In this document: positions 1 to 8,100 of the stretch, piece after piece | Layout of the letters: each line of letters starts with the position of its first letter | Position numbering within the stretch: position 1 is the stretch's first letter | Made by a program: the position numbers and the translations under genes | DNA from: an uncultured archaeon | GTDB taxonomy: Archaea; Asgardarchaeota; Heimdallarchaeia; Heimdallarchaeales; Heimdallarchaeaceae | DNA: 31,810 nucleotides | Assembly: GCA_964549075.1 (NCBI GenBank) | Contig: CAZJUB010000027.1 | Coordinates: 1-31,810 of the forward strand | Direction of reading: 5' to 3' | The notes under the pieces: generated by a model | Told to the model about the DNA's origin: nothing | The model's database searches: none | Seen by the model: the letters and a program-made list of their open reading frames with translations, nothing else

Positions 1-108
1 AACAAATTTATAGATTTGTAACACTCTCTATTCTAAAACATTCAACATCTCGACACCAATTCAACATGTTATTTAAGGTTAGTCTCGCCGACAATAAAAG
101 TCTCGTGT

Positions 109-155
109 AAAAAAAATAAGAAATAGAAAAATGTAAAAATAGTTAAAAAGAGAAA
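109..155 (-). terminator. U-rich tract downstream of the acetyltransferase gene (putative archaeal terminator)
   Basis: Several A-runs on the + strand (U-runs on the - strand transcript) immediately after the TAA at 156-158. Confidence 0.4.
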
Positions 156-725
156 TTAAAGTTGAACGAGTCTATTACAATTTTTACATTTCAACGATGT
201 ACCTTCAGTCAACGGATTCTGAGTTTTTGATAAAATGCTTCCACAGAAACAAACATATCCTTTTAATCTTGCAGGATTTCCATAAACAAGTTCATGTTTT
301 CCAACATCTTTGGAAACCAAACTTCCAGCACCAATCATCGCATATTCTCCAATAGTAATTCCGCATATGACAGTAGCATTTGCACCAATAGATGCACCTT
401 TTTTGACATGTGTTTTTACTAACTCCTATTTAGCAGCTGTTGCTCTAGGAAGAAAATCATTGGTGAAACAAACATGAGGTCCAACAAATACGTCATCCTC
501 AATTGTTACACCTTGATATACCGATACGAAATTTTGGATCTTAACATTATCCCCAATAACTACATTAGTATCAATAAATACAGATTTTCCGAAATTGCAA
601 TTTTTCCCAATTTTCGCTCCTTTCCTTACTTGTACTAAATGCCACAATTTAGTTCCAGCACCTATGGAGACATCTTCCTCAATAAAAGCTGAAGGGTGTA
701 CATAATAGTCTTGGTCTGCGCACAT
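156..725 (-). pseudogene. WbpD/WlbB-type hexapeptide-repeat sugar N-acetyltransferase with one in-frame TAG (426-428): recent pseudogene, read-through or sequence error
   Basis: ORFs 426..740 and 156..338 are in the same frame. Reading across the stop gives ...[59 protein letters not shown]...VYGNPAR..., a continuous left-handed beta-helix with a C-terminal CFCG...CKNC zinc ribbon. From ATG 725 it is 189 codons, with TAG at codon 100. Confidence 0.85.
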
Positions 726-776
726 ACATCTACAGTTCAATAGAAATAATAAAAATGTTTACTACTTGAAGTTCTT

Positions 777-1541
777 TTATAGTTTCGAGCAGCTTAAACA
801 TTCTTTATCTTTTTCAATTTGAAATGTCTCAAAAGTATTGTACTGTAAATCCACATACATAATTTTGTTAACCAGAAGTTTTTCTTCTTCTCTAAAAACC
901 AAGTATTTGATAGCTTCATTAGCTTCAATAATACCAAAAAAACCAGCAATCGTACCCATAACTCCATCTTTGTTTGTTGTTGGATAAGTCCCTGGAGTAG
1001 GAATTTCTTTGAACATACACCTATAACAGGCGCTTTTACCAGGAATCACGGTCATCATTTGGCCTTCAAATTGGTAAACACCACCTACAACAAAGGGAAT
1101 TCCTAGTTTACAGCAAGTATCATTTACTAAGAATTTAGTTTCAAAATTATCGCTAGCTTCAACAACAAAATCGCATCCTGAGATTAATTCCTCTATATTG
1201 GAGGGATTCAAAGCCACTCTGTGTTCTGTTATCTGTATGTCTGGATTAAGCTGGGATATCTTTTCAATAGCTGATTTGGTTTTAGCCTTACCTTTGTCGT
1301 TCTCATAGTGAAGAATTTGTCTATTTAAATTTGATAATTCAACTTGGTCTTTATCAATAATGATGAGTGAGCCTATACCAGCTGCAGCTAAGTAGTAAAT
1401 AATGCCAGACCCTAACCCCCCTAAACCGATAACACATACTATACTTGATTTTAATTTTTCTTGTCCTTCAGTTCCAAAATTTGAGATTATAATTTGACGA
1501 TTATATTTTTCGAGTTCTCTCTCATCTAACATTTTAACCAT
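777..1541 (-). CDS. ThiF/MoeB/HesA (E1-like) adenylyltransferase
   Basis: YNRQI, GQEKL, GLGGLG nucleotide-binding loop, DKDQVELSNLNRQ, SDNF, Zn motifs CYRC and CLSC. No rhodanese domain. Confidence 0.9.
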   Translation of the reverse strand: MVKMLDERELEKYNRQIIISNFGTEGQEKLKSSIVCVIGLGGLGSGIIYYLAAAGIGSLIIIDKDQVELSNLNRQILHYENDKGKAKTKSAIEKISQLNPDIQITEHRVALNPSNIEELISGCDFVVEASDNFETKFLVNDTCCKLGIPFVVGGVYQFEGQMMTVIPGKSACYRCMFKEIPTPGTYPTTNKDGVMGTIAGFFGIIEANEAIKYLVFREEEKLLVNKIMYVDLQYNTFETFQIEKDKECLSCSKL

Positions 1542-1668
1542 TAATTAACAATTTAAATTAATATACAATAATCTTTCTGATATGAGGTTATAAAATGTAT
1601 ATGATGCCAAAATATTTAAAATCGTTTCTTCTCAATGGCACAAAGACTAGAAACATGAGGTTTCAACA

Positions 1669-3756
1669 ATGAGAAAGTTAAGGAGTACAATTGTTACTTT
1701 AGCTGTATTATTTACAGTCGCAATGTCTTATTCAGTGATGTTTAGTATAGTACAAGCTAATCAATCAGCGGATTTACCGATAATACAACCAGAAAGGACA
1801 AACGTAACCGTCCCTTCGACAGAAGACAAGTCATTTACAGGCATAGTGTATGATTATGGAATTAATGCTACTGCATCTGTTAATAGGTCCATAGAAATTC
1901 AAACATTTGGAGTATTATCACTGGTTGATTCAATAAAACTAGAAATTGTTGGAAATGTGAATATAACTTACTTCAATTACACTCTACCGAGTATACATAC
2001 ATCTAATATTACATTTGCAGGATTTCGTGTTTCTAATGAATCATATGAAGCTGTTGGTAATAAAACTGCTATGCGTCCATATACTTATCAAAAGAAACTA
2101 AATTATACAACATTTGTTATTCCATTAGATGTAAATAGAACAAGTTATGGACAAGGACAAATAATTTACATCAATACTTACTTGGAATTCGCTTATCCTT
2201 ACACTTTTTGGTTAGAAGGAGGCGAACAAGTACTTCATTATCAAGAGTTAATTTATCCTTTGCTAAATAATATCCCAATAACTAATGGTTCAACGTGGGT
2301 ACAGAAACAAGGTGGAGATGTGTTTCTCACAGACAGATTAACACCTACCAATGGTACAAACGGGATTCACAATTCGGTAGATACAGATCAAGGTGTAATA
2401 AAATGGACAAATATTACAAGACAGCCATTCAATTATTCACAATCATATGATGAAGATGTTTATATGAATGTCTATCTAACTGCTGTCTCTGCTGGTGGAA
2501 ATACTGAAAATCCAATAAATACTATGTTGTTCAAAGCTACTGAGGTATACCGTAAAATTGAGGTAGATCCCTATGGTCTCATTAAAGTCACTGAATTTCA
2601 GAGTCTATACTTTTTCGGGCCTGCAAGACCAGAGAGCGCTAATTTGTATGACAGAAAATTATGGGCATTGAATTCCTTTCCGTTAATATTGCCTATCAAT
2701 GCTACTGTTCTGAATCTTTATGATGAGGTAGGTTCATTAGATCAAGCATATCAGCTAGATGATCAACAAATGTACAGTCCAGGATCATATAATCAACGTC
2801 CCAGTGTATTTCTTGGACATGATGCTTTAGTTATTTTTCCAAGAGATCCACTCTTCAAAGGAGATAAGATGACTTTTACGATTGTATATACCGTTCCTAT
2901 GGAAGTATATCTTGAAAAAGAACAAGGGAGTATTAATTATAGGTTGAAATTTGAGCCTTGCTCAATTATAAATTGGACAGTAGAGAAATTAAATGTCGAC
3001 CTGATTCTTCCAAAAGGAGCTGTTTATCATAACATTAGATACAATGATCCCGATCCCTACCAAAACATGATACTAAACTATAACAAAAGATTTGATTTTC
3101 TCTCTCTTGGTTTTAAGAGAACTCTCAGCTTTTCGTTTACTAACTTCTCAGGAAATGACAATGCTCCATTGATTGTAGATTTCACTTATTCAAGATTGAA
3201 TGTTCTTATTACTTACTTCTTCCAAGTTATATCCGTTGGAATTGTATTTGCCATATATCTGGGAATCAGATGGTCAACTAAGAAAACCAGAGAATTAGTG
3301 GTAAGTGAATCAGAAAGAGAATTAATTCCAGTTGAAGAGATTGAAGAATTTGTTAAACAATATGAAGAAGTTCTATCTCTTCAAGAGAGATTAAGAGAGA
3401 CTAGAATTAAAGTCTCTCAGAAGAAAATGAAAGCAAAAGAAGGAAAAGATTTGATTGCAAAACTAGAGAAACGTCTTAGAGCTGAGGAAACAAATCTAAA
3501 ACAAACAAAAGATGCTCTAGTAAAACATGGTGGCAGATATAAGCAATCAGTTCAGAAAATTGAAATTGCTGAAAGAAAGCTCTATGAAGAAAGAAGAAAT
3601 CTTCGTATCCTTCAACAAGAATATAGAGTTAAGAAAACTACAATAACTAGGGAATCCTATATAAAAATGTTCCAAGATAGACAACAAACCATAGAGAAGC
3701 TAAGAAATGATATAGATGGTGAGTTATTGTCTCTTAGAATGTTATTGGAACCATAG
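1669..3756 (+). CDS. Ribophorin I (OST1/RPN1)-like membrane glycoprotein
   Basis: Signal peptide, then a large ectodomain with about 18 N-x-S/T sequons. Ribophorin-I-like motifs VYRKIEVDPYGLIKVTE, LYDEVGSL and FPRDPLFKG...FTIVY. One TM helix and an about 160-aa charged helical cytoplasmic tail. GAGGT SD-like site at 1657-1661. Confidence 0.75.
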   Translation: MRKLRSTIVTLAVLFTVAMSYSVMFSIVQANQSADLPIIQPERTNVTVPSTEDKSFTGIVYDYGINATASVNRSIEIQTFGVLSLVDSIKLEIVGNVNITYFNYTLPSIHTSNITFAGFRVSNESYEAVGNKTAMRPYTYQKKLNYTTFVIPLDVNRTSYGQGQIIYINTYLEFAYPYTFWLEGGEQVLHYQELIYPLLNNIPITNGSTWVQKQGGDVFLTDRLTPTNGTNGIHNSVDTDQGVIKWTNITRQPFNYSQSYDEDVYMNVYLTAVSAGGNTENPINTMLFKATEVYRKIEVDPYGLIKVTEFQSLYFFGPARPESANLYDRKLWALNSFPLILPINATVLNLYDEVGSLDQAYQLDDQQMYSPGSYNQRPSVFLGHDALVIFPRDPLFKGDKMTFTIVYTVPMEVYLEKEQGSINYRLKFEPCSIINWTVEKLNVDLILPKGAVYHNIRYNDPDPYQNMILNYNKRFDFLSLGFKRTLSFSFTNFSGNDNAPLIVDFTYSRLNVLITYFFQVISVGIVFAIYLGIRWSTKKTRELVVSESERELIPVEEIEEFVKQYEEVLSLQERLRETRIKVSQKKMKAKEGKDLIAKLEKRLRAEETNLKQTKDALVKHGGRYKQSVQKIEIAERKLYEERRNLRILQQEYRVKKTTITRESYIKMFQDRQQTIEKLRNDIDGELLSLRMLLEP

Positions 3757-3766
3757 TCGAAGCATA

Positions 3767-3801
3767 TTCTTTTTCTTTTCTTTTATTTTTCACTTATTTT
3801 T
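3767..3801 (+). terminator. Oligo-T terminator tract after the ribophorin-like gene
   Basis: TTCTTTTTCTTTTCTTTTATTTTT... starting about 10 nt after the TAG. Confidence 0.55.
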
Positions 3802-3816
3802 GTGTTAAGGCAATCT

Positions 3817-3831
3817 GAAAAAATTTATAAG
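3817..3831 (+). promoter_or_regulatory. Putative BRE-TATA promoter for the 3873 gene and possibly the deoC-mutS-mutL run
   Basis: Purine-rich GAAAAAA followed by TTTATAAG, about 40 nt upstream of ATG 3873. Confidence 0.45.
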
Positions 3832-3872
3832 AACAAGCTATATTTGTAAATTACCAACAATTAGGGTCTACA

Positions 3873-4277
3873 ATGCATCTTGAGAGTATAACAGAAAGTG
3901 CCGAAACAATTGGAAAAGAAGTCCCAGGGCTATCTGACGTTGCAGAAGAACTTGCCCAAGTTTTAAAGAATGGTAGGCTTTTGCTCAATAAATTGTTCGA
4001 TCTCTGTAACAGAATCGGTTTAAATATAGATTTAAGTCCTGAAGAACAAAACGAAATATCTCTAAAGGTTGCATTAGTTACTGACCCAGACCAAGTTTTT
4101 CAATATGCCAGAGTAGTTCAACTGGTTTTTCAATTAAACTACTTTTCTAAATGTTATGAAAAAGCACTTGGATTTGCAAAATTACCTAATATTATAAAGA
4201 AAGAAGCGGTATCTCTCCACAAGAAAATTGAAGAATTTCGTAGATTAGTGGAGAAGGAATATGTTGCGAGCATCTAA
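3873..4277 (+). CDS. Hypothetical all-alpha protein
   Basis: 134-aa ORF with ATG start and amphipathic helical pattern, filling the intergenic space. No recognised motif. Confidence 0.7.
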   Translation: MHLESITESAETIGKEVPGLSDVAEELAQVLKNGRLLLNKLFDLCNRIGLNIDLSPEEQNEISLKVALVTDPDQVFQYARVVQLVFQLNYFSKCYEKALGFAKLPNIIKKEAVSLHKKIEEFRRLVEKEYVASI

Positions 4278-4337
4278 GTAAAACTACTTTTTCTAAATTT
4301 ACGCAACGTTTTTTTATATTGTCAACAATTTACTAGT

Positions 4338-5153
4338 GTGTATTCTCTAAGAATCTCCCCCGAAAAACTTGTGAAAATGATTGATCACACAAATTTGAAA
4401 CCCTTTTCTTCTAAAAAGGAAATTAACAAACTTTGTGAAGAAGCACTTAAGTACAATTTTGCAGCAGTATGCGTGAATTCAAGCCATGTTGCATTTTGCA
4501 AAGATATTATTAAAAAATCAGAAATTGGTCTTGCATCAGTAGTAGGATTTCCTCTTGGAGCATGTACAACTCAAACAAAAGAATTCGAAACTGCTGAAGC
4601 TGTAAAAAATGGTGCTAACGAGATAGATATGGTCATGAATATAGGAAGTTTTAGAGACGGAGATTATACTGCTGTTGGTAACGACATTGCTAAAGTTGTA
4701 CAAGCAGCTGATGGTGCTAGTGTAAAAGTTATACTTGAAACAGGTTTTCTAACAGATAATCAAATTGTTAAAGCATGTGAGATTGCAAAAGAATCCGGTG
4801 CTCATTTTGTAAAAACCTCCACAGGTTTTGGTCCAATGGGTGCATTCTATGATCATGTTGTTCTTATGCGTAAAACAGTTGGAAAAGAGTTAGGTGTAAA
4901 AGCTGCAGGAGGTATAAGAGATGCAAGAACAGCTGTTAGATTGGTAAATGCGGGGGCAAATAGATTGGGGGCTAGTGCCGGAGTAGCAATTATAAAAGAT
5001 TTAACCAAAATTATAGAAGACGGTGAATGGTTTCTTTCTAGTGAAGATAAACCCGAGGATATCTACTCTTGGGGTGCTGCTGACTCAAAAAAACAACCTA
5101 AAGATGTGTATGATTTTTATATGCAAAAGAGGAAAGAGTTTAAGAAAAGTTAG
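4338..5153 (+). CDS. deoC: Deoxyribose-phosphate aldolase with C-terminal extension
   Basis: IDHTNLKP, VVGFPLG, EIDMVMN, VKVILETG, FVKTSTGF (Schiff-base Lys), VKAAGGIR, GANRLGAS. Confidence 0.95.
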   Translation: MYSLRISPEKLVKMIDHTNLKPFSSKKEINKLCEEALKYNFAAVCVNSSHVAFCKDIIKKSEIGLASVVGFPLGACTTQTKEFETAEAVKNGANEIDMVMNIGSFRDGDYTAVGNDIAKVVQAADGASVKVILETGFLTDNQIVKACEIAKESGAHFVKTSTGFGPMGAFYDHVVLMRKTVGKELGVKAAGGIRDARTAVRLVNAGANRLGASAGVAIIKDLTKIIEDGEWFLSSEDKPEDIYSWGAADSKKQPKDVYDFYMQKRKEFKKS

Positions 5154-5170
5154 CTAAGAGAGTAAAAATA

Positions 5171-8100
5171 ATGAAGCGTTTTGATGATCGAAAGTTAAAG
5201 CCAAAGTTAACTCCTATGATGCAGCAGTGGCAAGATATCAAAAAACAATATTCAGATTATATCATATTCTTTCGAGCTGGAGATTTTTATGAAACCTTTA
5301 ACGAAGACGCTAAGATTGCTTCAGAAGTTTTGAATATAACGTTAACTGCAAGAACAATAGGAGAAAAGAAGTTTCCACTGGCGGGAGTGCCATATCATGC
5401 AGTAGATTCGTATATTGCAAAAATGGTAGAGAATGGTTATAAAATCGCAATAGTAGAACAACTTGAAGATGCCAAGGCTGCTAAGAAATTAGTTAAGCGC
5501 GGAGTAGTGCAATTAATAACAAGAGGTACAATAACACTTCCAGAATCGTTAAGCAGAGGTCAGAATAATTATCTTGTTGCAATCAACAAATTCAGTAATA
5601 TTTATGGTTTAGCTGCACTTGATTTATCAACAGGAGAATTTTTAGTATCAGATGTTGAAGGAGATAAAGCTCTAAATCTCTTGAATGTTGAATTGTCTAG
5701 ATTAAAACCTTCTGAGATAATATTAGAGGAGCAATTGAGTAAAGAGCTTGAAGAATTGAGGGAAAACACCAAAATAACAAAAACCTTTAGAGAATTCTAT
5801 TACTTTGATATAGAACAAGGTTCAAAAGATCTCTGCTCACTCTTCCAAGTTCTTAGTTTGGACGGTTTTGGGGTTAATGAGAGTTACCCTTCAATAGGAG
5901 CTGCTGGAGCTATATTAAGATACATTAAAGAGACTCAGATGAGGGAAAGTTTTCCTAGTATCACAAAGATAAGTCAAATTAAAAGCCAAGATTTTATGAT
6001 CTTAGATTCGAGTACCATACGTAATTTAGAGCTTATTGAGAATCTCCAAGCTAGAACAGAATATGGTACACTAAGAAAAATATTAGATAACACTAGAACA
6101 TCACTTGGATCTCGTTTACTTACCAATTTTATTCTACGACCTAGTTTAAATAAAGAAACCATTCAGGAGAGATTAAATGCAACGGAAGAATTTGTTGATG
6201 ATAGCATAGCAAGAGAAGAAATTCGAGGTATTCTAAACAAAATGAGTGATATAGAGAGGATAACAGGGAGAGTCTGTTTAGGTAGAAGTAAACCAAGAGA
6301 TTTAATTGCACTTAAAAACACCCTTGAGTTGATTCCAGATATTCGTTCAATCCTCTCGAAATTTAATTACTCTTTACTTAAAAAAATACATGAAAAAATT
6401 GACCCATTAAAAGAAGTAGTAGAAATTATAGATACAAGTATAGCTGATGATGTACCTACTAGTATCAAAGATGGCGATGTAATTAGAGATGGATATAATG
6501 ATGAACTTGATGAATTAAGAAAAATCCAGAGGGGGGGAAAAACGTTCTTAACATCTTTAGAAGCAAGAGAAAAAATCAATACAGGAATAAAAAATCTGAA
6601 AGTTCGATTCAACAAAGTTTTTGGTTACTATATTGAACTCCCAAGGACTGTATCAGACAGTGTTCCAGCACATTATGAACGAAAACAAACATTAGTAAAT
6701 TCTGAACGTTTTATTACACCAGAGCTAAAGGAATATGAAGAAAAAATTCTCAACGCTGAAGAAAAGATATTAGAAATAGAAGAGGAACTTTTTTACAACA
6801 TATTAATGCAAATAGCAGAATATGCAACCGTTATTCAACAAGATGCTCATCTAATTGCATTATTAGATGTAGTTTCTACATTTGCTCAGAACGCTGTTTA
6901 CTATGATTATGCAAAACCAGAGATAACTGAAGAAGACATACTGGAAATAAAAGATGGAAGACATCCTGTTGTTGAAAGATTATTACCTCAATCAAGTTTT
7001 ATTCCTAATGATATTTCTATTAAGAAGAATGAAGAGAGAATATTGATAATAACGGGTCCAAATATGGGCGGAAAATGTGTTAAATCAAACACCCTCATTT
7101 TCACTGAAGAAGGAATGCTACCAATCATTAGATTTAAACCTGAAGGCATAAAAGAAGGAACTTTTGAGGAAGTAGAAGTAAACCTAATAAGCACAAATAG
7201 TATCGCAAAAACTTCACATTTTTACTCTGATGGAGTGAAAAATACGGTAATAATCAAAACAAGAAGAGGTTATAAGATAGAAGGAACTTTGAATCATCCA
7301 ATTCTTGTGAGAACAAAAACAGGTGAAGAACTATGGAAAAAACTAGAAGATATACAGATGGATGATTATGTAGCAATTAACCGAAAAAATGACTTGTGGG
7401 GAAAGAAAATAGATTTTAATTATCAGACAGGAGTATATCCTCGTCAGGTAAAAATACATCCGCTACCAAAATCATTAGATAAAGATCTTTCATATTTAAT
7501 AGGATTATTGATTGGGGATGGAACTTTAACATATGAACAATCGTTTTATCTATCAACAGCTGATGATTTCATTAGTAAAGAGTTTACTAGAATTTGTAAG
7601 AAGTTGTTCGAGTATGATGTAAAGGTTAAGGGGAATGGAAAGGATCATTATGTTGCAAGCAGACAGATTAGAGAGTTCCTTTTATTCCTTGGTCTGGGAC
7701 ATAAAAAAGCACATGAAAAAGAAGTACCAGAGATAATATTACAATCTCCCAAAAGTATGGTTATAGCATTTCTTCAAGGTTTATTTGATACTGATGGTAC
7801 TGCAGGTAAGAGATATGGGAAAGTCAGTTTATCTACAACTTCAGAAATACTGGCAACTCAGATACAAATCATCCTTCTGAATTTTGGAATATTAAGTTCA
7901 TTAAAAATAAAGAAAACTAAATCAAGACCTTGTTTCGAAGTTAGAATTACAGGTGGCGATTCAGAAATTTTTTATGACGTAATTAATTTTCGTTTAGAGA
8001 GAAAAAGAGAGAAATCAAAGTTAGTACCTCAAAAAAGAATGACAAATATTGATAGTATTCCGTATCTTGAAAGTGATTTGTTGAAAATCAAAAAAAGATA

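Noticed and set aside
41-67. Short direct repeat TTCAACAT (41-48 and 60-67)
   Set aside because: Only two 8-nt copies in AT-rich DNA at the window edge. No array structure, so not CRISPR-like.
5974-7194. Antisense ORFs 5974..6162, 6367..6615 and 6988..7194
   Set aside because: Short shadows opposite mutS with no motifs and composition typical of reverse-strand codons.
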